Below, piece by piece: positions 8,232-18,421 of a stretch of DNA of 40,787 bases (position 1 is its first letter; each line of letters opens with the position of its first letter). The notes below the pieces were generated by a model. The model saw only the letters and a program-made list of their open reading frames with translations, was not told the origin of the DNA and ran no database searches. This stretch comes from a virus (taxonomy: Duplodnaviria > Caudoviricetes). The translations under genes were made by a program, and so were the position numbers. The stretch spans positions 1 to 40,787 of the IMG/VR virus record IMGVR_UViG_3300032225_002143. One strand, 5' to 3'.

Positions 8232-10067
8232 ATGGCAACAAATAGAGTATCATATTTAAATAAAACTTTTGGTGATTTTAAGAATAATCTTATAAATTAC
8301 ACCAAAACATATTTCCCTAATACGTATAATGATTTTTCAGATGCAAATCCTGGAGCATTATTTATTGACTTGGCATCTTATATAGGTGATGTAGCTTCAT
8401 TTTATACTGATACTCAGATTCAAGAAACATTTTTATTATATGCTAAGGAAAAAGAAAATTTATATGCTTTATCTTATACCTTAGGATACAGACCTAAAAC
8501 ATCTTATGCTGCTACTGCTATAGTAGATATATTTCAATTAATACCTTCTATACCAACAGCAGGAGTAAGTAATCCTGATTATAATTATGCTTTAGTAATT
8601 CCTGAAAATACAACATTAACTTCTACTTCTAATGCTATTAAATTTTTAACTATTGAGAAAGTAGATTTTAGTGATACTACTAATACTGAAGTATCATATT
8701 ATAACAGCTCCTATTTTCTACTTAAAAAATCAGTAAAAGCTATATCAGCTGAAATAAAATCTACTACCTTAAATTTTAGTACATCTGAAAAATTTTCAAT
8801 AGCTACTATTACTGATACTAATATATTACAAATATTAGATGCTACTGATGCTGATGGTAATAAATGGTATGAAGTCCCTTATTTAGCTCAATCTTCTATA
8901 TTAAATAAAAAAACAAACCCATCATATAGTAGTGATGGAGTACCATATTTAATTAATTACCAAAAAGTTCCTCGTCGTTATGTATCTAGATTTCTATCAG
9001 ATAGTTCATTACAATTAGAATTTGGAGCTGGTTTATCTAATGCTTCTGACTCTACAATTCTTCCAACCCCAGACACTTTAAAATTAGGTTTAGTTCCTGG
9101 TATATCTAATATATTAGACAATTATAATAAAGCAACTTCATTTTTTACACAAGAATACGGTTTAGCCCCAAGTAGTAATATTACTATTAGATACTTAGTA
9201 GGTGGTGGTATTTTATCAAATGTACCTTCAAACAACATTGTTAAAATAGATTCTACTACTGCTTATTTCCCTCAAGGAATATCAGGTAATTTAGCAGATC
9301 AAGTAAAAGCTAGTTTAGCATGTTCAAATCCATCTCCTGCTGTTGGTGGTCGTGGTGGAGATGAAATTGAAGAATTACGTAATAATGCTTTATATGCTTA
9401 CCAATCACAATTACGTGCAGTAACCAGAGAAGATTATATATCACGAGCATTATCATTACCATCAGATTATGGTTCTATATCTAAAGTATATGTTACACAA
9501 GATGTAGCTAGAGAAATGATACCTACTCCAACAGTAGCATATACTGAAGAACGTAATCCATTATCATTAGATATGTACATATTAGCATATAATAATGATA
9601 AAAAATTAACCCCTGCTTCTATAACATTAAAAGAAAATTTAGCAGCTTATATAAATCAATATAGAATGGTTACGGATGCTATAAATATTAAAGATGCATT
9701 TTATATTAATATAGGTCTTAATTTTGATATTAGTGTTAAAAGTGGATTTAATAATAATGATGTTATCACTAGTTGTATAGTAGCATTAAAATCATTTTTT
9801 AATATAGATAATTGGACTGTTAATCAACCTATAATAATATCTGATATTTTATCTACATTATTAGCTGTAGATGGTGTCCAATCTGTAAGTAAAATAGAAA
9901 TAATAAATAAACAAGATTCAACAGGATTAACATATTCTCAATATGCTTATGATATAACTGCTGCTACTAGACAAAATATTATATATCCTTCAATGGATCC
10001 TAGTATATTTGAAGTAAGATACCCTGACACTGACATACAGGGTAGAGTGGTACCTCTTACAATCTAA
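8232..10067 (+). CDS. baseplate wedge protein, T4 gp6/baseplate-J-like
   Basis: N-terminal YLNKTF..YNDFS..PG.LFIDL.SYIGD; GGRGGDEIEELR...QLRAVTREDY motif; follows gp25. Confidence 0.85.
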   Translation: MATNRVSYLNKTFGDFKNNLINYTKTYFPNTYNDFSDANPGALFIDLASYIGDVASFYTDTQIQETFLLYAKEKENLYALSYTLGYRPKTSYAATAIVDIFQLIPSIPTAGVSNPDYNYALVIPENTTLTSTSNAIKFLTIEKVDFSDTTNTEVSYYNSSYFLLKKSVKAISAEIKSTTLNFSTSEKFSIATITDTNILQILDATDADGNKWYEVPYLAQSSILNKKTNPSYSSDGVPYLINYQKVPRRYVSRFLSDSSLQLEFGAGLSNASDSTILPTPDTLKLGLVPGISNILDNYNKATSFFTQEYGLAPSSNITIRYLVGGGILSNVPSNNIVKIDSTTAYFPQGISGNLADQVKASLACSNPSPAVGGRGGDEIEELRNNALYAYQSQLRAVTREDYISRALSLPSDYGSISKVYVTQDVAREMIPTPTVAYTEERNPLSLDMYILAYNNDKKLTPASITLKENLAAYINQYRMVTDAINIKDAFYINIGLNFDISVKSGFNNNDVITSCIVALKSFFNIDNWTVNQPIIISDILSTLLAVDGVQSVSKIEIINKQDSTGLTYSQYAYDITAATRQNIIYPSMDPSIFEVRYPDTDIQGRVVPLTI

Positions 10068-10082
10068 AAATGATAGGTTGTC

Positions 10083-10090
10083 ATATTTAT
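10083..10090 (+). promoter_or_regulatory. putative late promoter ATATTTAT
   Basis: Intergenic copy before ORF 10110. Confidence 0.65.
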
Positions 10091-10109
10091 ATGTAGTAAT
10101 TATGTAATT

Positions 10110-11204
10110 ATGGCAATTTATAAAATATTTCCTGAAAAATCAGCTACATTATATTCAGCTTATCCTACTCAAAATACAGGATTAGATGAAATATTAGAAC
10201 TTAGTACATTACTATCATCAGATAATACTAATGAAGTATCACGTCCTCTTATTAAATTTCCACAAGATCAAATAATAGATGTAATTACTAATAAAGTAAG
10301 CGGAGCTACATATGATGCTTATTTAAAATTATCATTAGCTAATGCTTCTCAACTTCCTTTAAATTATACAATATATTGCCATCCAATAGCAACAGATTGG
10401 AATATAGGTACAGGACGTATATCAAATTTTCCTATTACAACAAATGGTGCTAGTTGGAAATATAAAGATCAACTAAGCGGAAGTACATGGTTTACCACAT
10501 TCCCTGCAGGTACTACAGGATCATATACAGGTAGTGGGGTAGCTGGTGGTGGATTATGGTATACTGGTTCAAGTTATGTAGCTACTCAATCATTTATTCA
10601 TAATAATTCTTTAGATATTGAATTAAAAGTAACAAATACCGTTGCTGCTTGGTCAGGAAGTACCATATCTAATTATGGTTTTATATTTAAATACAGTAGT
10701 TCAATAGAATTTACAACTGCCTCTAAATTTGATTTAAAATATTTTTCAAGTAATACACATACAATTTATCCTCCATGTTTAGAAATAAGATGGAATGATT
10801 TTACATATAACACAGGTTCATTATCTATTATAACATCACCAAGTATTGTAGCTACATTAGCTAATAATCAAAGTGAATACCAACAAGATTCTGTACAACG
10901 TTTTAGAATAAATGTAAGGGATAAATTTCCTACTAGAGCTTTTGCAACATCATCAGTTTATCTTAATAATAAAGTATTACCTACTTCTTCATATTATTCA
11001 ATAAAAGATTTGGATACCGAAGAAATAGTCGTAGATTACGATACAACATATACCAAAATTAGTTGTGATTCAATTGGTAATTATTTTGATGTTTATATGA
11101 ATGGTTTAGAACCAGAACGTTATTATCAAATTTTAATCAAAACAACTATAAACGGTAGTACCTTAGTACTAGATGATAATTACTATTTTAAAGTTATAAG
11201 ATAA
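10110..11204 (+). CDS. virion structural protein (DNRLRE/beta-sandwich-like)
   Basis: ATLY..YP..NTG.DEILE..SRPLIKF...P.LEIRW pattern; S/T/G-rich; baseplate context. Confidence 0.55.
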   Translation: MAIYKIFPEKSATLYSAYPTQNTGLDEILELSTLLSSDNTNEVSRPLIKFPQDQIIDVITNKVSGATYDAYLKLSLANASQLPLNYTIYCHPIATDWNIGTGRISNFPITTNGASWKYKDQLSGSTWFTTFPAGTTGSYTGSGVAGGGLWYTGSSYVATQSFIHNNSLDIELKVTNTVAAWSGSTISNYGFIFKYSSSIEFTTASKFDLKYFSSNTHTIYPPCLEIRWNDFTYNTGSLSIITSPSIVATLANNQSEYQQDSVQRFRINVRDKFPTRAFATSSVYLNNKVLPTSSYYSIKDLDTEEIVVDYDTTYTKISCDSIGNYFDVYMNGLEPERYYQILIKTTINGSTLVLDDNYYFKVIR

Positions 11205-11207
11205 TAT

Positions 11208-11558
11208 ATGTCACAAATTCCTATAGAAAAAACGGTATTTGATAAAAATAATTATAGTAGAGTAATTAATACTCGATTTAGTCAATTTTTAACAGATTCT
11301 GAAGAAATTGAAACACCTGTTTTTACTATTGATGATTTTTTTCAATTATATGAAAGTTTATTTTATCAAATTCCTAAAGAAGGAGATACAAATTCACATA
11401 GATACATTTTAGAAAAAGAAGCAGATTATTTAGGAGTAATTATTAATCAAGATGATATTCAAGCTTTATTAGATGAAATTACATCATTAAGACAACAACT
11501 ATTGGATACTCAAACTGCTTTAAATGATTTAAATAAAACAACAGGATTAACAAGATAA
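11208..11558 (+). CDS. baseplate-associated protein with C-terminal coiled coil
   Basis: IQALLDEITSLRQQLL heptads; TAATG coupling to the next gene. Confidence 0.6.
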   Translation: MSQIPIEKTVFDKNNYSRVINTRFSQFLTDSEEIETPVFTIDDFFQLYESLFYQIPKEGDTNSHRYILEKEADYLGVIINQDDIQALLDEITSLRQQLLDTQTALNDLNKTTGLTR

Positions 11559-14500
11559 TGGCTTATAATATAAAAATAGTAGGTGATATATTAAATACTA
11601 CAGTAGTTTCGCGTTATACTGAAGAGGATAAAAATCTGTTATCTTCTAAAGAATTAAAGGAAAATTTTGGGGGAAAAGATGATTATATTGAATATTACAT
11701 ATATGATATTAAGGGGAATTTATTAAATACTGATTACAATTATATTGATTATAAATTACCTTCTAATGCTCCTTTAAAACCAGGAACATCAACTCCCCCT
11801 AATACAACAGGTAATATTCAAACAGAAAACGTTGGAGTAGTATCAACTTTATCTCCATCTACAAGTTCATTATATCCTATTATCGAAATAGACCCAGTTA
11901 AAGATTTACAAAATATAGGATATTCATCTGGAGAATTTAAAGTAAAATATTATTTTTTTAATAATAGAATATCTAATGTTTTTGATTCAGATTTATTTAT
12001 TAAAGAAATATCTCCTGATAGAACAGAATTACGTTTAGCTTCTATTACACTAACTAATGAAGAAATAGAAACATACGCTATTTCTCTTATAAATGAAATA
12101 AATAATACTACTGATTATTATGTTGATTATTTATTAAATTTTGGAAATGATAAACAAATTGTTGCTGTTAACGTAGCTTTAAATAAAGTACCTGAAGGAT
12201 ATGAGATTTTATTTAAATTATATCAACCTTTACCAGTTGATATTAAAGATAAAACTCAATTATGGGTTGTTGAAGAAAAAGTAAGTCCTTATGAGTTTGA
12301 AATTAATTTAGATAAATTATTAGTTCCCCCACCTCCCCCTACTTTAAGAGGTCCTAATTTTGATATTAATCTTAATAATATAGGAACTATAGGTACTCCT
12401 TATACTAATTATCAAACATTAATATCTAGATTAGAAACATTACAAAATTCATCATATCAACAAATTTTAGGATTATTAACATCTCAAAGCGCTGATATTA
12501 ATATAGATTATACTGATTATAATAATTTTTCATTTTTTGGATCTGTTGAACAACGTTTATATAATTTTTATAATAAAGCTAAGCAAATTGAAGATTATAA
12601 TAATTTAATAAGTACTTATACTCCATTATCAGCTTCATCACCTAATTTAATAACAGAGATTAATCAATATTCATCCAGTATTAATAATATTATATCTCAA
12701 TTTGATGGATATGAATCTTATTTATATTTTGAATCTAGTTCATATGCTTACCCAAAATCAGGTTCATTAAAACCATATAAATTATTATCAACTAGTTCAG
12801 TAGCTGTAAATAATTGGTATTCAACCTTTTCTCTTTCAGCCTCTTTATACGATAAAAACAATGTTAATAATTTAATATATGCTCTTCCAGCTTATTTAAT
12901 AGATGATGGTAAGAATCAACCATTCTTAACATTTTTAAATATGGTTGGACAGTATTTTGATAATGTTTGGATATATTTAAAATCTATTACTGATTTAAAT
13001 GTTGCTAATAATAATTTAGAAGTAGGTATATCTAAAGATTTAGTATATTATCAATTACAATCATTAGGTCTTAAATTATATAATAGTCAAGCAGGTGAAG
13101 ATGTTAATCAATATTTAATAGGATCTAATACCGGCAGTTCAGTTTGGGATAATAATACTACTATAACAGGTAGTTATTTAAATAATATTCCTCGTAAAGA
13201 CTTAGTATCGGAATTATATAAACGTATCTATCATAATTTACCTTTATTATTAAAACAAAAAGGTACAGTTGCTGGGTTAGAAAGTCTTATGACTGTATTT
13301 GGTATTCCTAGTAAACCATACAATTCATCAAATGGTAGTCTTTGTGCCCTTTATAAAGTAGTATGCTTAGATACTTCTCAAGATACAGAAATAGATTATA
13401 CAGCTTGTGGTGATTCTTCTACAGGAGTAACTTATATATTTCCCTATAACCCAGCAGGCGGAACTTTTACAAATTATCTATGGATTGATACTGCTTATCC
13501 TTATCAAGCAGTCCCTTCAGCAAATGTAACTTTTACATTAGTAGATACAGGAAATACTACAATATTAAATGTTAAAGAATTTGGTGGTGGAAATAAAGCA
13601 GAATTAATCAATGGATATAATAATGATAAAGTAAGAATTATTGATAATTCTATTGTAACTAATTATTATTATAGTGGAAGTGTATTATTACCATTTCATA
13701 GTTTACAAACATTCCCTACAGCATCGGCTGAATTTAGAGAAAATGATATGCATTATGTTGATATATCATTCTCACCACAAACTCAAATTGATACATATGC
13801 TTCAGGAGCTATTGCTTCTAATAATGCTACTTGGAGTTTAGATGATTATATTGGTGATCCTAGGGCTCAATATAGTGGATCTTATCCTGATTTAGATACT
13901 CAACGTAAATTATATTATCAAACTGGTGTTCCTGGGTATGCTCCGTTTACTGCTTCTTTATTAAATTATAATGGATTTATTCGTTTAATACAATATTTTG
14001 ATAATTCATTATTTAAAATGTTGGCTGATTTTGTTCCTGAAAGAGCAAGTTTATCAACAGGTGTTACTATAAATTCACCTGTATTAGAGCGCAATAAAGT
14101 ATCATACGCTAATCCAACAACAAGTACTACACAAAGTGTACCAACAGCCGAATATTCATCTTCAACTATATCAGCTCAATATGGTAATTTTTATAATGCT
14201 TTGTCATCATCAAATGATTCAATAGCGTGGTATAATGGAGAATTAAGTGGTAGTTTAATTGATATTGGAGAACAATTTGATGAAGCTAATTATAATCCTT
14301 ATCTTTATCCTAATAATCCTTCCACCACTTTTAATACTACTTGTCAAACATATAGAATTCAAAATACAGATCCTGGAGATTCATCTCAAACAGTTTATTT
14401 TGTACCTTGTTATCAAACTCAATATTCATCCTCTCAAATTAATGGAAATGGTACTTATATAGATGTGTGTATAAACACAATATATCCTATTCTTAAAGAA

Positions 14501-15973
14501 AATTCAGGCACAGTATCATCATCCTCATTAGGAGATTGTGGTGCTTATCTTTCAATTAATCAAAATCAATTTCATCATTCTGATTTTGATATTTTAATGA
14601 ATAATGTATCTAGTAGTATAACTTCACAATTCAGAAATGATATAGAATATATCTATGGTACTACAGGCAGTATAACATATCCTGCTCAATTACAGGATTC
14701 ATATTTAACATTACGTTCATATAATATATCTCGTTATGAAGGAAGTAAAGTAACCAGCTTATTATATAATACCTATACTTCAGCTTCATATACAGGATCG
14801 GATGGATTAACTCTTCAAGATGGAGATTTATCTTATGGTAAGACAGCAGCAATTGATCATAATACTCGCAGAATAGGATTATTTACCCAAATCCAAAGTA
14901 GTTCCTATCTACCAGGAAGAAATACAGTAGCATTAAAATATTTTGTAGATGAATTTGGTAACTTAACCGAATTAAACCAGTTAAATAAAAACTGGATGGA
15001 TTTACAAAGAACATTTACATTGGGCGAATTAGCATCAGTATCATTATTTGATAATAAAAAATTTAGTAATCAAAAAACAACTGATGGAAAAAAATTAATA
15101 TTTGATAGTGGCTACACATATACACCTGTTTTATATTTAGGAGATTGTGCTGTAACACCTCAACTAGCTTTTACTAATTTAGGTAATCCTGGTTCGTTTT
15201 TATCAAAAGCTAAAAATAGTGGAAATCCTGATGCTTATATAGCAGGAAGTACAACAAATCATTATGCTCTCTCAGGTGGTTATGTGACAAGTTTATTTGA
15301 TAATGTAACAGATGGAGCTGATTTCTTCAAATCAGGATCTTCTACTTCTACATCTGCATCTTATACTGTACAAGAAGTAGGATCCCATAATGTATCTATT
15401 TCTCTTCCATTTAATATTCAAACAGAAATTGTATCCCCAGCAGTATCTTCTAGTTGGGAATTTACAGTAGTAAGAAAAAGAGGTGGTAGTCCTACTACAT
15501 TATCTTCTCAAATTTATACTTTTGTATCAGGAGATCCAGTATCAACTTATTTAACATACACATATGAGTTAGTTTCTGGTGGTGCTAGTAGATTTACTTA
15601 TAGTTTAACTTATCCATTATTTTCACAAGCAATATATGTAAAAGGATACGTTACTGGATTTGGTGTTGATTGTACTACTAATAGTAATCAAAAGGATTAT
15701 CACCTTTCCTCACCTGCTATATTTAATCCAGGACAATCTTCTGTTTCAATAAGTGGAACAACTCCATTAACTTGTGGAATTAATGGTAGCTTTAATTATA
15801 AAAGAGGTAATTATAGAGGTACTTCACTTACCGGTTATTATTTACAAATTAGTATTGATGGAGGAAGTACATATACTATAGTAGGCGGAACTTCAACTTC
15901 TGTAACATTAGCATCAGGATGTATTATTTATATAAACTTTGATAATTCTTGTCAAGATTTAGGATGCGCTTAA
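11558..15973 (+). CDS. large baseplate/tail structural protein with Cys-rich inserts
   Basis: 1471 aa; LLKQKGTVAGLESLMTVFG resembles the KGT motif of gp7/P2 gpI-type wedge proteins; S/T/G-rich beta regions. Confidence 0.65.
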   Translation: MAYNIKIVGDILNTTVVSRYTEEDKNLLSSKELKENFGGKDDYIEYYIYDIKGNLLNTDYNYIDYKLPSNAPLKPGTSTPPNTTGNIQTENVGVVSTLSPSTSSLYPIIEIDPVKDLQNIGYSSGEFKVKYYFFNNRISNVFDSDLFIKEISPDRTELRLASITLTNEEIETYAISLINEINNTTDYYVDYLLNFGNDKQIVAVNVALNKVPEGYEILFKLYQPLPVDIKDKTQLWVVEEKVSPYEFEINLDKLLVPPPPPTLRGPNFDINLNNIGTIGTPYTNYQTLISRLETLQNSSYQQILGLLTSQSADINIDYTDYNNFSFFGSVEQRLYNFYNKAKQIEDYNNLISTYTPLSASSPNLITEINQYSSSINNIISQFDGYESYLYFESSSYAYPKSGSLKPYKLLSTSSVAVNNWYSTFSLSASLYDKNNVNNLIYALPAYLIDDGKNQPFLTFLNMVGQYFDNVWIYLKSITDLNVANNNLEVGISKDLVYYQLQSLGLKLYNSQAGEDVNQYLIGSNTGSSVWDNNTTITGSYLNNIPRKDLVSELYKRIYHNLPLLLKQKGTVAGLESLMTVFGIPSKPYNSSNGSLCALYKVVCLDTSQDTEIDYTACGDSSTGVTYIFPYNPAGGTFTNYLWIDTAYPYQAVPSANVTFTLVDTGNTTILNVKEFGGGNKAELINGYNNDKVRIIDNSIVTNYYYSGSVLLPFHSLQTFPTASAEFRENDMHYVDISFSPQTQIDTYASGAIASNNATWSLDDYIGDPRAQYSGSYPDLDTQRKLYYQTGVPGYAPFTASLLNYNGFIRLIQYFDNSLFKMLADFVPERASLSTGVTINSPVLERNKVSYANPTTSTTQSVPTAEYSSSTISAQYGNFYNALSSSNDSIAWYNGELSGSLIDIGEQFDEANYNPYLYPNNPSTTFNTTCQTYRIQNTDPGDSSQTVYFVPCYQTQYSSSQINGNGTYIDVCINTIYPILKENSGTVSSSSLGDCGAYLSINQNQFHHSDFDILMNNVSSSITSQFRNDIEYIYGTTGSITYPAQLQDSYLTLRSYNISRYEGSKVTSLLYNTYTSASYTGSDGLTLQDGDLSYGKTAAIDHNTRRIGLFTQIQSSSYLPGRNTVALKYFVDEFGNLTELNQLNKNWMDLQRTFTLGELASVSLFDNKKFSNQKTTDGKKLIFDSGYTYTPVLYLGDCAVTPQLAFTNLGNPGSFLSKAKNSGNPDAYIAGSTTNHYALSGGYVTSLFDNVTDGADFFKSGSSTSTSASYTVQEVGSHNVSISLPFNIQTEIVSPAVSSSWEFTVVRKRGGSPTTLSSQIYTFVSGDPVSTYLTYTYELVSGGASRFTYSLTYPLFSQAIYVKGYVTGFGVDCTTNSNQKDYHLSSPAIFNPGQSSVSISGTTPLTCGINGSFNYKRGNYRGTSLTGYYLQISIDGGSTYTIVGGTSTSVTLASGCIIYINFDNSCQDLGCA

Positions 15974-15987
15974 AATAAATTATAATT

Positions 15988-16722
15988 ATGGCACAAAGAT
16001 CAGCTACTTATACTTTTAATTACTCAGATCCTGCTTTAGAATTACTTACAGGAGATATAATAGAAATTAGACTTAGACAGATTTATACTGGTACAAGTAA
16101 TTATACAGCTTCTTTAGGAGCAGGATCTGTATCAATTAATTCAAATGCTCTTGCTACCGGATATAATATTATTAATTGTGCTGTAGGTCAATTTGTTTCT
16201 GCTTCAGCTGGTAATGAATTAACTCTTAGTACAACTTTAAGTAATTTATATGGAGGACAATATCAGTTTGTTCCTAATCCCTTATCTGGTTCAGCTACTA
16301 GTAGTTTTTATGAACAATATGGTGATGTAGATTATGAATTTACTCTCAACCCATACGATATAATATTAGTATATCTTTCGGATGGTACTTATGTAGAAGC
16401 AAAAGTATTAGAAATTCATAAAATTAACAATCAAACTCGTATAACATTAAATCAAACGTTTTCTACTTTTGCTATAAGTGATATCAATAATAATTCTTAT
16501 GAAAAAATGCTATTTTTAAAACGGATAGATGACGAAACTAATATTTATTTAGTTTTTCCTAAACGCTCTGGCCAAACATCATACGGATTTTTAATTCCAA
16601 ATGATCTATCACCAGATGTATTAGCAAATATTGATACAATAACAAAACAAGTAAAACAAAAAATATTATCTGATCAATCCGCTCCAATTACAATAGGTGA
16701 TTTAACAGGTGGAGGTTTCTAA
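15988..16722 (+). CDS. structural protein, apparent C-terminal continuation of the 1471-aa protein
   Basis: 244 aa, beta-rich; 14-nt gap; N-terminal LLTGDIIEIRL strand. Confidence 0.6.
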   Translation: MAQRSATYTFNYSDPALELLTGDIIEIRLRQIYTGTSNYTASLGAGSVSINSNALATGYNIINCAVGQFVSASAGNELTLSTTLSNLYGGQYQFVPNPLSGSATSSFYEQYGDVDYEFTLNPYDIILVYLSDGTYVEAKVLEIHKINNQTRITLNQTFSTFAISDINNNSYEKMLFLKRIDDETNIYLVFPKRSGQTSYGFLIPNDLSPDVLANIDTITKQVKQKILSDQSAPITIGDLTGGGF

Positions 16723-16729
16723 TTTTAAC

Positions 16730-16737
16730 ATATTTAT
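16730..16737 (+). promoter_or_regulatory. putative late promoter ATATTTAT
   Basis: Intergenic copy before ORF 16762. Confidence 0.65.
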
Positions 16738-16761
16738 AGTATATACAACAAACAGTAAAAA

Positions 16762-17427
16762 ATGGTAATATTAAATCCTACAGTAGTAACAGTAGACGCA
16801 GTTTTAACCACAAAAGGTCGTGAACTATTGGCGCGCAACGATGGTTCGTTTCAAATCACACAATTTTCCTTAGCTGATGATGAAGTAGATTATACATTAT
16901 ATAATCCTAATCATCCATCAGGCTCAGCGTATTATGGTGAAGCAATTGAAAATATGCCTGTAATTCAAGCATTTCCTAATGATACACAAATAATGCGTTA
17001 TAAATTGGTAACATTACCACGTGGTACATCACGTCTACCTGTTGTTAGTTTAGGTTATAATACAATAACACTTAAACAAGGTGCTTCATTGACTATAACA
17101 CCACAAACATTAAATTATTTAGGTGCTACAAGTACATTTGAAGCTAATGGATATGTAGCTACAATCGCTGATATTAGGTTAGTATCATCATTCCAAGGTA
17201 CTGGTATCACTACCACAACTACAGGTCAACCTGATTTAAATACAACAACAGGAGCTGTATTATCAACATCAGCAGTTGGTACCTCATTTACATTAACTGC
17301 TACAACAGTTAATACATTGTTTGGTAGTTCATTATCAACCTTATCTACTACACTTACTGTAATTGGTAGAGATAGTGGTGCTAGAATTACTATTCCTATT
17401 AACATCGCAAAAGTATCAACAATATAA
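16762..17427 (+). CDS. tail/baseplate structural protein (tail-collar-fibre N-terminal-like)
   Basis: VDAVLTTKGRELLA...ITQFSLADDEVDY; Thr-rich Ig-like C-terminus. Confidence 0.55.
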   Translation: MVILNPTVVTVDAVLTTKGRELLARNDGSFQITQFSLADDEVDYTLYNPNHPSGSAYYGEAIENMPVIQAFPNDTQIMRYKLVTLPRGTSRLPVVSLGYNTITLKQGASLTITPQTLNYLGATSTFEANGYVATIADIRLVSSFQGTGITTTTTGQPDLNTTTGAVLSTSAVGTSFTLTATTVNTLFGSSLSTLSTTLTVIGRDSGARITIPINIAKVSTI

Positions 17428-17443
17428 TAAACTAAAATAGAAT

Positions 17444-18418
17444 ATGTCATTTTCAAGATATAATACAGAAGATTCAGTAATAAGTGCCGAAACCGTAGTT
17501 CGTGGATTATGGAGTAGTGATCAATATAATTTAGCTAATTATTATACCTCTAGTAATAATACTGAATATTATTTAGATGTATATGATAATTTACCTACTG
17601 CAACAGGATCAACAGTTCAATTTGATATTCAATATGGTCATTATGCTGGATCTGGTTCTTTACCAATTAATCCTTCTATAAGAGGATATTCTCCTTCACG
17701 TGTTGTATATGGTCAATATAGAAATTTAGTTTATGGTACTGAAAATACTAATTTTAGTTTTGATGGTGGTACTACAACAGCTGAACAAATTTATGTAATT
17801 AACATTGCTAGAGCTCGTTATAAACAAGCATTGCATCCTGGATCACTTAATTTAACTTTAGTTAGTGGAAGTAATGTAATTAAATTAACTGATGATAGTA
17901 ATACTACATCATTAACTCGTTTTGTTGGTGAAAACAGAATATATTATATTATTAGTGGTAGTAGCGGAACTCCATATACTAGTAGTGCTACTACAACATA
18001 TTATGGTATGATGTTACCTGATTTAGGAGTCATTATACTAAATGCCTCAGGTTCATTATTAAGTTATATTTCTCCAGCTAATCTAACAACCGCTTCAGCT
18101 CAGTATAATCAAAATAAATTATTTAATTCAATTGATGGTGGAGATACTTTTAAATTGCAATCTGAAGAAGTAATTTCATCACGTTATTTCTTTACACGTA
18201 TTAAAAATAGTGAATTTAATTATACATCAAATCCATCTATTATAGATGATAATGGTAATTTATTATATACTACATTAATTAATAATCCACAAACATTCAT
18301 TACCACAGTTGGTATGTATAATGATAATAATGAGTTATTAGCTGTAGCTAAATTAAGTAAGCCATTAACAAAAGATTTTACCAAAGAAGCCTTAATTAGA
18401 ATAAAATTAGATTATTAA
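17444..18418 (+). CDS. tail/baseplate structural protein, paralog 1
   Basis: C-terminal FITTVGMYNDNNELLAVAKLSKPLTK, similar to the tail-collar (DUF3751-like) C-terminal motif. Confidence 0.6.
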   Translation: MSFSRYNTEDSVISAETVVRGLWSSDQYNLANYYTSSNNTEYYLDVYDNLPTATGSTVQFDIQYGHYAGSGSLPINPSIRGYSPSRVVYGQYRNLVYGTENTNFSFDGGTTTAEQIYVINIARARYKQALHPGSLNLTLVSGSNVIKLTDDSNTTSLTRFVGENRIYYIISGSSGTPYTSSATTTYYGMMLPDLGVIILNASGSLLSYISPANLTTASAQYNQNKLFNSIDGGDTFKLQSEEVISSRYFFTRIKNSEFNYTSNPSIIDDNGNLLYTTLINNPQTFITTVGMYNDNNELLAVAKLSKPLTKDFTKEALIRIKLDY

Positions 18419-18421
18419 TGC

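Noticed and set aside
14259-14462. Alternative-frame + ORFs 14259-14462 and 26111-26323
   Set aside because: They are nested in better-supported genes and show no motifs or start context.
16541-16548. ATATTTAT copy inside ORF 15988
   Set aside because: It is over 200 nt from the next start and expected by chance in AT-rich coding DNA, so it was not counted as a promoter.
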